DNA from: Desulfatiglandales bacterium
GTDB taxonomy: Bacteria > Desulfobacterota > DSM-4660 > Desulfatiglandales > HGW-15
Length of the DNA: 64,000 nucleotides
Assembly: GCA_963667015.2 (NCBI GenBank)
Contig: CAXXJJ010000004.1
Location: forward strand, 2,752,001-2,816,000
Direction: 5' to 3'
This document shows, in pieces, positions 51,767 through 61,309 of the stretch. The position numbers were made by a program, and so were the translations under genes. Under the pieces are notes generated by a model, which made no database searches, was not told where the DNA came from, and saw nothing but the letters and a program-made list of their open reading frames with translations. How positions within the stretch are numbered: the stretch's first letter is position 1; every line of letters begins with the position of its first letter.

Positions 51767-53065
51767 ATGGAACCACGCCTTATCATTGTTGTTGGCACAA
51801 CCCTTGACTATGTAACAAGGATTCAGAAGGAGGAAAAGACAAAAAATCTTCTTTTCCTCCTTGACTCAAGGTTTAAAAACTCCGGGGAACTTGCTGTTAC
51901 AGAAAATTCCCATTTCATTTTTGCAGATCTTGAAAACCATAATGAAACACTTAGACTGCTTGAAAATTATGTATCAGGAAAGGATTACAAATTCTACTTT
52001 GCATGTTTTGACTGTGAAACCCTTTACCTGGCAAGCAGGCTTGCCGAATATTTCAACTGTCCCTTCCCGTCTCCGGATGCAGTCTTAAAATCGAGAAACA
52101 AATTCGTATCAAGCAGATCATGGATGAAGGAAGGGGTAGCAACCCCTGAATGCGCGCTTGCATCAGACCTTGAGGAATCACTATGGTTCTTCGGCAGGTA
52201 TAATGAGAACGTGGTATTGAAACCGTTAACCGGAAGCGGCAGCGAACTGGTTTTTCACTGCACTGACAGTCAGGATATTATCAATGCTGTTGAAATATTA
52301 AAAACGCAGCTTGAAAGGCGTAGGGGCAATCCGCTTTTTGCACGGACAATGGACCAGTTAACCGGAGAAATGATCGACCCATGCAGACTATGGATAATTG
52401 AAGAATTTATAGACGGCCCTGAATACAGCTGTGACTTTTTCATGGATAACGACAGCGTTCATATCATTAGAGAAACAGGAAAAATCAAGGACAGTATTTA
52501 CCCCTTTGGTACCGTATCAGGCTATACAATACCCCCTTACTATCCTGATATTAAAGTAAAGGAAGATATTAAATCATCCATGAAAAATGCTGCTGCGGCA
52601 CTTGGCTTTACATGGGGTTATTTTATGGCTGATTTTATAGTCTCTGATAACCGGATCAACATTATAGAGCTGACTCCGAGACCCGGAGGAGATTCCCTTC
52701 CTGAACTTATCAGGGAGTCTACCGGCGCCGATATAATAAAAACCTATCTGGATATAATGTCGGGCGATACAGATATCCTGGGAAATTTCCCTGAACCCTC
52801 AGGTAATTATGCCAGTGTCCATATCTTCTCTGACAGGGAAGGAATAATAGCGGATATTAATACTGAAGACATTACAAATGACCCGCGAACAAGGCTTCTC
52901 CTGCTTAAGAAAAACAGGGGAGATCGGGTATCCCTGCCTCCCGATGACTATGACAACAGATTAATCGGTTATTGTGTAATATCAAAAAATGCTGATGACT
53001 CTTCATTGATGATGTGTCAGGACATACAAAACAGGATAAAGATAAAGTACGCTACCCCGGATTAA
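51767..53065 (+). CDS. ATP-grasp ligase (L-amino acid ligase-like)
   Basis: SRNK, VVLKP..GSGS, IEEFIDGPEYS, IIELTPRPGG. Confidence 0.9.
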   Translation: MEPRLIIVVGTTLDYVTRIQKEEKTKNLLFLLDSRFKNSGELAVTENSHFIFADLENHNETLRLLENYVSGKDYKFYFACFDCETLYLASRLAEYFNCPFPSPDAVLKSRNKFVSSRSWMKEGVATPECALASDLEESLWFFGRYNENVVLKPLTGSGSELVFHCTDSQDIINAVEILKTQLERRRGNPLFARTMDQLTGEMIDPCRLWIIEEFIDGPEYSCDFFMDNDSVHIIRETGKIKDSIYPFGTVSGYTIPPYYPDIKVKEDIKSSMKNAAAALGFTWGYFMADFIVSDNRINIIELTPRPGGDSLPELIRESTGADIIKTYLDIMSGDTDILGNFPEPSGNYASVHIFSDREGIIADINTEDITNDPRTRLLLLKKNRGDRVSLPPDDYDNRLIGYCVISKNADDSSLMMCQDIQNRIKIKYATPD

Positions 53066-53066
53066 A

Positions 53067-54434
53067 ATGGAACTCAATTTTTTAGATAAAACTGCTTCTA
53101 CCGCGGTCAGGGTCTTTTCATACACGGCAAGGCCTCTGACTGCTGCAGATATCCAGAGTTATGTAAGTGACATCCTCGCCAGAAAGGCCATCTATCTTGA
53201 GAGCGCCTTAACCCACGGCACGCCTCAGTACTTTTATGATGAAACTGCTGTTGAAGATGCGATTACCAAATTTAACAACGCCTTTAAAAAACATATTGGC
53301 AGGTTTCAGATGTTCTATGCAATGAAGAGCAATCATCTGCCCGAAATCAGTCAAAAGGCTGTAAAACAGGGTTCCGGACTGGATGTATCAAGCGGTATGG
53401 AACTTTCGAGTGCCCTTTCCATCGGTTGTGAAAAAATTATATTCAGCGGCCCCGGCAAGAGAGATGAAGAACTGGAACTTGCGGTTAAAAACAGCAACAG
53501 AATTACAATCATGCTTGACAGTCCTGGTGAATACAGAAGGCTTTCAGGTGCAGTCAAAAGATTAAAGGCACAGGACAGGATATCAGCAGGGATAAGGATA
53601 CGTAATCCCTTCCAGGGTAACTGGAATAAATTCGGCACACCACTTAATGAGCTTGGACATTTTCTTAAGATTATAATTGAAGATGAAGTGATCGAGGCCG
53701 CAGGGCTCCAGTTTCATACCAGCTGGAACCTGGGGCCGGAGGCGCAGGTAAAACTTATAGATGATATAGGTAATTATCTGAGATATAATATTCCCCGGAA
53801 TTATCTAAAGAATTTCAGATTTCTTGATATCGGGGGCGGATACTGGCCGGATTCGGGTGAATGGCTGAACCCTGAAAATACGGTATCTGGAAAACTGATC
53901 AGGACAATTTTCCCGGGTGTGAAGTTCGATAACCGCAGATATTATATGAGATCAAAGGGCATTGCTGCCTTTTCAAGAGAAATTTCCGGGGCAATAGATC
54001 GTCATGGAGACATCCTCGGGAAGCTGGAGATATGGGCGGAACCCGGAAGATGGATCTCAACCGGGAGCATGCATATACTGCTGAAGGTTATTGATCTGAA
54101 AAAATCAGATACTGCGATAACCGACGGAGGCATTAATATCCTGGGATGGGAGAGACCGCTCACCGAATATATACCTGTAATAAACCTTACACGGCCGTCC
54201 GTGACGGAAAAAAATATTACGGTATTTGGCTCTCTCTGCACACCCGATGATATATGGGGTCGCACCCTTTTCGGGAGTGATATAAAAAAAGATGATATTA
54301 TTATCATACCTGATCAGGGGGCCTACACATATTCTCTACGCCAGGCATTTATAAAACCGGTGCCTCGTATAGTCAGGTTTGATGGGAATAATTTAAAAAT
54401 AATTAAAGGAGATAAAGATTTTCTGTCTTTCTGA
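53067..54434 (+). CDS. PLP-dependent Orn/DAP/Arg decarboxylase family (alanine racemase fold)
   Basis: YAMKSN, KFG, FH, LDIGGG, EPGR, GSLC, GAY. Confidence 0.92.
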   Translation: MELNFLDKTASTAVRVFSYTARPLTAADIQSYVSDILARKAIYLESALTHGTPQYFYDETAVEDAITKFNNAFKKHIGRFQMFYAMKSNHLPEISQKAVKQGSGLDVSSGMELSSALSIGCEKIIFSGPGKRDEELELAVKNSNRITIMLDSPGEYRRLSGAVKRLKAQDRISAGIRIRNPFQGNWNKFGTPLNELGHFLKIIIEDEVIEAAGLQFHTSWNLGPEAQVKLIDDIGNYLRYNIPRNYLKNFRFLDIGGGYWPDSGEWLNPENTVSGKLIRTIFPGVKFDNRRYYMRSKGIAAFSREISGAIDRHGDILGKLEIWAEPGRWISTGSMHILLKVIDLKKSDTAITDGGINILGWERPLTEYIPVINLTRPSVTEKNITVFGSLCTPDDIWGRTLFGSDIKKDDIIIIPDQGAYTYSLRQAFIKPVPRIVRFDGNNLKIIKGDKDFLSF

Positions 54435-54469
54435 AGAGAAGGGCAGGCAGTTATTTTAAGGAGAAGATT

Positions 54470-54682
54470 ATGAAAGACCAGGTTAGAAGATGCATTCAAT
54501 GTGACAGCGAATTTGTCGTTACCGCCTCTGAGCAGGAAAGATTACAGTCAAAAGGATTTGATATCCCCAAGAGATGCCATGTCTGCAGAAAAAACAAAAT
54601 GAAATCACCAAAAGAGAGTGACAATCGTGGTCAGAGGGAAAAAAGAAAACACGATAAATCACAGGATGATTATTGGAATTAG
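54470..54682 (+). CDS. small zinc-ribbon protein
   Basis: CIQC..EF..TASEQ....KGF..PKRC..CR; AAGGAG SD. Confidence 0.85.
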   Translation: MKDQVRRCIQCDSEFVVTASEQERLQSKGFDIPKRCHVCRKNKMKSPKESDNRGQREKRKHDKSQDDYWN

Positions 54683-54690
54683 GTTCTTAT

Positions 54691-56082
54691 TTAAGCAGGA
54701 AGAACAAAATAAAAATCATTGCCATTGGGCAATGCCTCATACCCGACTACGCCGTTATGAAGCTCCACTACCTCCTTGATGAACTGGAGGCCGTGCCCTG
54801 TGCCATATTCGCCTTCCGTATTTGTCCCCCTGTAACCTTCCTGAAACAGTCCTTCGGCATCTTCCTTTGAGATTGGAGCGCCAGTACTGAACATATTAAG
54901 TTTTACGCCAGGCATCCCTTCTCCAAAAAAATCATTAATGGTCTGCATTTTAAAGGAAATATATTTTTCAGGGGTTCCATCCTCATCATTTACCTCTCTC
55001 GTGTATTTTACCGCGTTTGAAAAAAGATTAGCATATGCCTGAGAAATAAGTCCCACATCCGCTGAAATCATTATCTCTTTATCAGGGTTGACGGCTACCT
55101 GGTTGTCAATGCTGATACCCCTTTCCTGCAGGCGGGGCAGATAACGGCTCAGCTGGGGCTTTATAATTTTTTCATTGATATTAATTAATCGAGGCTCGAG
55201 CACATAACGCCCCTGCTCAAAATGGGAGCGCCTTAGAAGTGTTTCCAGAAAAAGGCTTGTCTGTTCATAATGGGACAGTATCTGCTGAAACTGCTCATCC
55301 ATGGAATTATTTATATAGTCCAGTTCTTCGGTAAGGCTCTTCATCTGAATGGTCAAGAGGTCATCACGCTCCTCGCAGCAGTTACCTGATTTATCCTTTA
55401 ATTCCCTGCCGATCTCCCCGGCCCTGTCGATCTTTCCCTGAAGCCGTTTGAAAAACAGCTTGAAAAACATGTTGGGAACAATAATATTATGGCCGATATC
55501 ATTTACCAGGCTTCGGATAAATGCGAGATGTTCTTTGTTTTTCTCATTGATCATCCGGTTATGGAGATGGAATCCTATCCTGTTAACATACTTTTCAAAA
55601 AAGAATTTCATGTTATCGGACAGATCACTTCCTCCGCATATCTCGAAAACTCCGAATATTCCGTTCTTCAGGTTGCCCGGCAGTTCAGTCGACTGGGCGA
55701 TATTGCCCTTTACAGGGACAAAAAAGGAGTCGCCTGAAATAACAGGTTTCTCATAAAGTTCAGGAGTCTTGATCTTTTTTACAGGCGAGGTATTCAGGAT
55801 ATCTTCCGAATAGCATGCTGCTTTCAGTTCTCCTGACGGGTCAACCAGATAAAGCACGCATTCATATTTAAAGAAAACCTTGGGGATCAGAACGCATATG
55901 CAGTAGATATCATACTTGTTCTTGAATTCCTGGGAAAGATCAAAAAAGGTTTTTAAGGAACAGTCCTGAACGCTGTTGAAGGAATAGTTATCATAATCCT
56001 TGATTTTATCAAAGATTCTTCTTTCAATTATTTTTACGCTTTCCTTACGTGAGTCTCTTTCAATATCTTTTCGTGTATCCAT
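54691..56082 (-). CDS. cytoplasmic sensor histidine kinase
   Basis: H-box-like DIGHNI, NLFSNAVKY, GTGHGL, H.G; no TM segment. Confidence 0.88.
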   Translation of the reverse strand: MDTRKDIERDSRKESVKIIERRIFDKIKDYDNYSFNSVQDCSLKTFFDLSQEFKNKYDIYCICVLIPKVFFKYECVLYLVDPSGELKAACYSEDILNTSPVKKIKTPELYEKPVISGDSFFVPVKGNIAQSTELPGNLKNGIFGVFEICGGSDLSDNMKFFFEKYVNRIGFHLHNRMINEKNKEHLAFIRSLVNDIGHNIIVPNMFFKLFFKRLQGKIDRAGEIGRELKDKSGNCCEERDDLLTIQMKSLTEELDYINNSMDEQFQQILSHYEQTSLFLETLLRRSHFEQGRYVLEPRLININEKIIKPQLSRYLPRLQERGISIDNQVAVNPDKEIMISADVGLISQAYANLFSNAVKYTREVNDEDGTPEKYISFKMQTINDFFGEGMPGVKLNMFSTGAPISKEDAEGLFQEGYRGTNTEGEYGTGHGLQFIKEVVELHNGVVGYEALPNGNDFYFVLPA

Positions 56083-56468
56083 ATTCTAACCCGGGAAATT
56101 AGTTATTAACTGTTAAGAGTAGATTATCAAGTCATCAGCTTTTTGTTTGGAAAAATGATTCAGAGAATACTTCTTAGCGGAAAAATAATCAAGCCGGCTT
56201 AGTAAAACATGCCATATATCTATGACAAAAGATGAAACAGACAAAATTCCAGATAAATCCTGATCTTTTACATTGGCTCGGCACAAACTCGATATCATTT
56301 TTGATAATTGCATCGGGTTCATATGGTTTAGCCTGGTCCGACTCCGATTCAAGCGGAATTTTAATTGTTGCTATTTACGTTACTTTCGTTATTCAGTAAT
56401 TCAAGGTCATACCCTGTCATAAAACAGGCGGAAGCTGGTTGCTTCCGTGTGGAAACCCTGCCACCGCC

Positions 56469-56500
56469 CGTCATTCTCCGACTCCGACCGGGGAATCCAG
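56469..56500. repeat. REP-like palindrome
   Basis: CGTCATTCTCCGACTCCGACCGGGGAATCCAG; related degenerate sequence at ~22083-22136. Confidence 0.55.
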
Positions 56501-56638
56501 GTTTTCATCTGTTTATAACTTATTTTATTATCTTTTTACCTGCATCCGGGATATCCCGCTTTTTACTCAATGGTATTTGGGGAATATATAATTTCAGTAA
56601 ACCCCTTAATATTACAGAACAATATCAATTTTATTTTT

Positions 56639-56773
56639 CTATTTGGGGATTTTGCCAGCATTGGCAAAATCCCCAAATGGCATTAATTCATCCCGGATTT
56701 TTTCAGATCCATCATCAGGTTTAATGAAACCAAATCCTTTATCGTCCTTCCATTGTTCAATAATCCCTCTCAT
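56639..56773 (-). pseudogene. truncated cold-shock-domain gene
   Basis: AAGGAG SD, then MRGIIEQWKDDKGFGFIKPDDGSEK, which runs into a palindrome and stops. Confidence 0.75.
56641..56678. repeat. perfect 17-bp hairpin
   Basis: ATTTGGGGATTTTGCCA-GCAT-TGGCAAAATCCCCAAAT. Confidence 0.9.
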
Positions 56774-56925
56774 AAACTCCTTCCATCGTTTGAGTGTTTT
56801 TTAATAACTCTTAGATTAGCGCAAGAACAGAAACTCCGATCATTAAAACCATCCGAATTTTTGAGTAGATCTGCGATTTAGTTAATAATGAAGGTCTGCC
56901 CCTTTGGTTTTCACGTGATTTTCTC

Positions 56926-57371
56926 TTATAGGTTTCCACACTGCTTTAATGCAAAATCAATATCAATAACTGTCATCTCTCCATCTCCATCAAGATCATC
57001 AGAATGAAGAAGCTCAGTACACCGTGACAGGCACTGATAAACAGTCTTTAAATATTTCTTTTCAACAAGCGCGGGAATCCGGGCAAAGAATTTATTTTCT
57101 TCGGGAAGACGCCTTTTATAAAAGGAGTAAAGTCCGTCCTTTCCCTTTTGAGATTTGCAGGACCTGCAGACCCACACCTTGTTGTGAATAGACTGATTGT
57201 TGCCACATGAAACTTAAGAGAGACTGAAGGTGCATAGGCTGAAGACTATTTTTGAGAATTTTCCTCAACGTCCCCACCGCCATTTGCGCACTTAAAAGCA
57301 CTACATGTAATGATCTTGGCATACTGAAAATTCATAACATCATAGATTGCATGGACATCACGATCCGGCAT
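56926..57371 (-). pseudogene. disrupted gene, probably HNH-like protein
   Basis: GAGGAG SD + MPDRDV...FQYAKII, then the frame breaks; C-terminal IHNKVWVCRSCKSQKG...VEKKYLK...DLDGDG. Confidence 0.55.
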
Positions 57372-57568
57372 TATCTTTAACTCCTCACCTTAACCCTGGA
57401 TAGTTATTTTACGAATTTCAACGGCAGGCCCTGTTGTTTAATGTTTCAAAAAAGCTTTAAAACTTAACAGCGTTACCCTTTATATTTTTGTTTATTCTCA
57501 GTCAATATTCCTCTCAGGGAGAATAGCATCAGAAACCTTACCCGCAAGTCTTAACATTGGACATTTTT

Positions 57569-58198
57569 TTAATTGCCCAGATTAATACATTTAAATATTA
57601 CATCAAGCTGATGCGCTCCATCAGGAGTCAAAAACAACGCCAGAATACCGCAGTTTATAATAACAGTGAGCCAAAACACTGATCTGAATTTTACTTTCTT
57701 TGACTTGTGCCTCAGGAAACTCTGGGCAATCGCTGCTCCTGGCCATCCGCCGATAAGGGAAAAAATATGCAGTGTTCTTTCACGGGTTCTCCACTCCCCT
57801 GCCCTTGCTGCTGATTTGTCTGTTGCATAAATAATAAAGGTTACTGCACTTACTGCCAGGTAGTAAATCATAAGGAAGGATGGCAGCTTGTTATAAATGA
57901 TCAGGACTATGAGTGCACACATGAAAAGAATGCCCAATATAAGTGCTATAATCATCTGGCTGTCTGCCCTTGAAAATTCATTCTCAACGACCTGCGGGAA
58001 TACCTTTGATGCACAGACGCGGCCTTTTTTATCCTTTGAAAGGCTGTATATTACAGAGAGGCCCTGTCTGGGCCGCTGGTGCTTTTTGCTGAAGTCTTTG
58101 ATGTGCAGGAATACTGATCTGCCGCCTGCTTTTGGGGTTATAAAACCGAATCCCTTTTCATCATCCCATTTTGTGATTGTGCCTGGTTTTGAAGACAT
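57569..58198 (-). CDS. cold-shock domain + DUF1294 membrane protein
   Basis: WDDEKGFGFI, VFLHI; DKSAA...WRT.E.TLH...GGWPGA...RHKS.K. Confidence 0.92.
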   Translation of the reverse strand: MSSKPGTITKWDDEKGFGFITPKAGGRSVFLHIKDFSKKHQRPRQGLSVIYSLSKDKKGRVCASKVFPQVVENEFSRADSQMIIALILGILFMCALIVLIIYNKLPSFLMIYYLAVSAVTFIIYATDKSAARAGEWRTRERTLHIFSLIGGWPGAAIAQSFLRHKSKKVKFRSVFWLTVIINCGILALFLTPDGAHQLDVIFKCINLGN

Positions 58199-58571
58199 AT
58201 AATTGATTCAATATTCAAGCCTGGTGAAATCCGCTTTGCTGTCATAATTATGAATTTCACTGGCTAAAGATTCAAGATTTACCCACTTAAATGCTGCTTC
58301 GCAGTCCGCTGTGAGGATTTAACAGGGTTCCCGATGGGAAATTTAACAGGGTAAAGAATGACGACTTAAATACTCTTTATAAATTTGTATGACAATGCAC
58401 CTGGGCGTTTTAAGACGATATATCGTTAAGACTGAAGTGATACAATAGGATAGGTTTAAGCCTAATGGATTGAAAAAGCAAGGGAAAAGATAGAGGTCAG
58501 ATATCGGAAGTCAGATGTTTTTCACTCCCAAAGGTGAATATTTTTTGTCTATTAAAAGAGTAATCTTCATA

Positions 58572-58661
58572 TTAATAATTTTGTAACGCTATTTTGCGAT
58601 CTTTATCTATCCACCAGGCAAGGTCTTCGAATGCGGCAGAATCAAACTCCAAGCTTCTCAC
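58572..58661 (-). pseudogene. truncated Txe/YoeB-like toxin
   Basis: GTG start overlapping the antitoxin end: MRSLEFDSAAFEDLAWWIDKDRKIALQNY*. Confidence 0.7.
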
Positions 58662-58845
58662 AGGCTTCATCAAAGGGGATACCCTCCTTACGATTTTTTG
58701 CTTCCATCAAACGCTTTTTCATAGACTCGCTTTTAAGCAGATATGCTGTTTCTTTTTCAGATTCGATCTCTTTCCAAAGATCAATGGGTACGATAACTCC
58801 AGTGATATTGTTTTGATCATCTGAAATATATTGTATTTGGCTCAT
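58642..58845 (-). CDS. putative antitoxin (YefM-like C-terminus)
   Basis: IQYISD...TGVIVPI..W...ETAYLLKS..MK.RL.EA. Confidence 0.8.
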   Translation of the reverse strand: MSQIQYISDDQNNITGVIVPIDLWKEIESEKETAYLLKSESMKKRLMEAKNRKEGIPFDEACEKLGV

Positions 58846-59514
58846 GTTTATCTTACCTCATTAAGTGCTTAAAGATTATGCAATACACCTATACCTAGAT
58901 TTGTTATTTTAATGAAAATATTAACAGTTATCAACCCGAATTATTTTAGAGTAAGTGAGAGAGGAGAAGTTGCTTTTTACGAAAAGGGGGCATCCTGGTA
59001 AATTCATCTCAACAAACCTGCGGGAAGACCTTTGATGTGCAGAGGCGGCTATCATGGTTGTCCCGGTTCAGCAAAAAGGATCTACAACAATATCATTTTA
59101 AAATGAAAACATTCTCACAAGACGCGAGGCAAGCTCCAGGGGAAATGGGGCCGGATGATTTCGGGTTGAGGCGCCGGCAATATTCCATATCTGCTGGAAC
59201 CATAAATGAAATATCTCTTGCATCCCCATTTATAAGTCTATGCCGTGTATTCTGAATACCTGATTTCATATAAAGGCCCCGACATGAGCAGCAAATGACC
59301 TTGCAAACTTATTAAAAGAGAGATCTTCCGCCGGTTCACTATTTATGCTTCCTCTATTTCTATTATCTCAACACGATCTACCGGTTCAGGAGAGACATAA
59401 TTTTAATGATTAAAATTGATGGCCTTTAAAAGCAAGAGGAAAAACAGGCACATTCTATTAAGCAAAGTATTTTGATAAAATGCAGTTCTATATACAGGTA
59501 AATTGAAATGAATT

Positions 59515-59568
59515 ATTTCGGAATACGGAACTAAATCTCTTGACAATAACCGGTGTCTCTTACATAAT
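59515..59568 (+). promoter_or_regulatory. sigma70 promoter with upstream imperfect palindrome
   Basis: TTGACA-17 nt-CATAAT (59540-59568); ATTTCGGAATACGGAACT just upstream. Confidence 0.55.
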
Positions 59569-59803
59569 TGCCCCTCGCGAATACGTCCAATCTTACTTCA
59601 ACTATCATGCCCTTGCTGCTTTTGGGCAAAGTAACGGAGAACAAAGTTGTTCAAAGATACTTTTTTCAATTTTTGCAGTTTTATTATATTCCGTAAGAGT
59701 TCTTTACGATCATCTGATCGACTATTTGATATCATTTGGTATCAATAATACAGGTATTTCTATTATAGCAGAAGCACTTTGATAAGAATGAAAGGGGGTA
59801 GGA

Positions 59804-61267
59804 ATGATTGAAAAACAAAAACTGGTAAAAATAGTAGGCACCGGTAATGTCCTGAACAGTGAAGACGTCCTGGAAGACTATTCCAGTGACATAAGCTTCG
59901 TAAATCGGGTCAGACCGGCTTATGTGGTAACACCCGGTAACGCTGGCGAGGTTAAAAAATTAATAGACCTTGCAAACAAGACCAAAACACCGCTTGTACC
60001 TGTCAGCTCAGGGGCACCTCATTTTAAAGGTGATACGGTTCCGAGTAATGGCGGCAGTATCATAGTGGATCTCAGTAAGATGAAAAAGGTCGAATTCGTG
60101 GACCGTCCCCGCAGGGTGGCGATGGTAGAGCCCGGAGTAACATTTGCAGAGCTCATACCGCTCTGTACTGAGGCGGGTCTGAGGCTTAACATACCTCTCC
60201 TTCCGAGGCAGTCCAAGTCTGTAATAGGCAGTATTCTTGAAAGAGAACCGGTTGTAATGCCGGGATATCAGTGGGATATGTCAGATCCCCTTGCCTGCGC
60301 AGGACTTTATTTCGGTAATGGAGAGGAATTCAGGACAGGCCAGGCAGCTGGCCCGGGCACACTGAAACAGCAGTGGAAAACAGGTGCAGTTCAGAAGGCC
60401 CCCTATGGGCCGGGTACAGCTTCTTTACACAGACTCATACAGGGAGCCCAGGGAACCATGGGTATTGTCACCTGGATGTCCTTAAGGTGCGAGATTCTAC
60501 CGACCATGCAGGAACCATTCTTTTGCGGTTCATACGATCTTGAAAAGCTCCTCGATCTCATGTCATGGCTCATAAGACTCAGGATGGTAACAGAATGCTT
60601 TATCCTTAATAATACAAATCTTGCGGCGATCTTTTCGACAGATTATGAAGAATATCAGAGAATCAAGGATACTCTTCCTCCCTATATTCTTTTCTATACA
60701 ATTGCCGGATATGATTATTTTCCGGAAGAAAGAATTGCAGCCTATACCAAAGATATTGCAGGTATGAATCAGCGTATAGGCCTGGATACTGATAAGGCTG
60801 TGGGCGTTATATCAGCCGAGGCAATGTTGAAAAAAATACAGCAACCCTGTGAAGAACCTTACTGGAAACTTCGTTTAAAGGGATCAAACCAGGATGTATT
60901 TTTCCTCTCCATTTATGATCAGCTCGATGGACAGATTGATGCCATGAAAGATATGGCCTCTGAATCCGGGTATCCCTCAACAGAACTTGGAATCTATATC
61001 CAGCCTATTGTACAGGGCACAGGATATCATTGTGAATTTAATATGTTTTATGATCCCTGCAGCTTTGCCGAGACCGACAGGGTAAAGGATCTTGCCTCAC
61101 AAGCAACCAGAACCCTGATGAACATGGGTGCGTTTTTCTCGAGACCATATGGTGATGAGGCAAACTGGATCTATAACAGGGATGCAGCTACCACCGATGC
61201 ATTACGAAGGGTCAAAAAGATATTTGACCCGAACTATGTAATGAATCCCGGTAAGGTATGTTTCTAG
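59804..61267 (+). CDS. FAD-binding oxidoreductase (VAO/PCMH-type FAD domain)
   Basis: PLVPVSSG, VDLSKM, VEPGVT, GAQGTMGIVT, FDP..VMNPG. Confidence 0.9.
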   Translation: MIEKQKLVKIVGTGNVLNSEDVLEDYSSDISFVNRVRPAYVVTPGNAGEVKKLIDLANKTKTPLVPVSSGAPHFKGDTVPSNGGSIIVDLSKMKKVEFVDRPRRVAMVEPGVTFAELIPLCTEAGLRLNIPLLPRQSKSVIGSILEREPVVMPGYQWDMSDPLACAGLYFGNGEEFRTGQAAGPGTLKQQWKTGAVQKAPYGPGTASLHRLIQGAQGTMGIVTWMSLRCEILPTMQEPFFCGSYDLEKLLDLMSWLIRLRMVTECFILNNTNLAAIFSTDYEEYQRIKDTLPPYILFYTIAGYDYFPEERIAAYTKDIAGMNQRIGLDTDKAVGVISAEAMLKKIQQPCEEPYWKLRLKGSNQDVFFLSIYDQLDGQIDAMKDMASESGYPSTELGIYIQPIVQGTGYHCEFNMFYDPCSFAETDRVKDLASQATRTLMNMGAFFSRPYGDEANWIYNRDAATTDALRRVKKIFDPNYVMNPGKVCF

Positions 61268-61309
61268 AACAATTATTAAATCACTGAACGAATACAGGAG
61301 GTAGCAAAG

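Noticed and set aside
56795..56900. Possible integron attC upstream of the cold-shock fragment
   Set aside because: Only a vague GTT-type end is visible, with no convincing paired R and L boxes and no intI.
59037..59782. Short ORFs upstream of the FAD oxidoreductase, and antisense ORFs throughout the window
   Set aside because: They have no motifs or SD support, or are shadows of well-supported opposite-strand genes.
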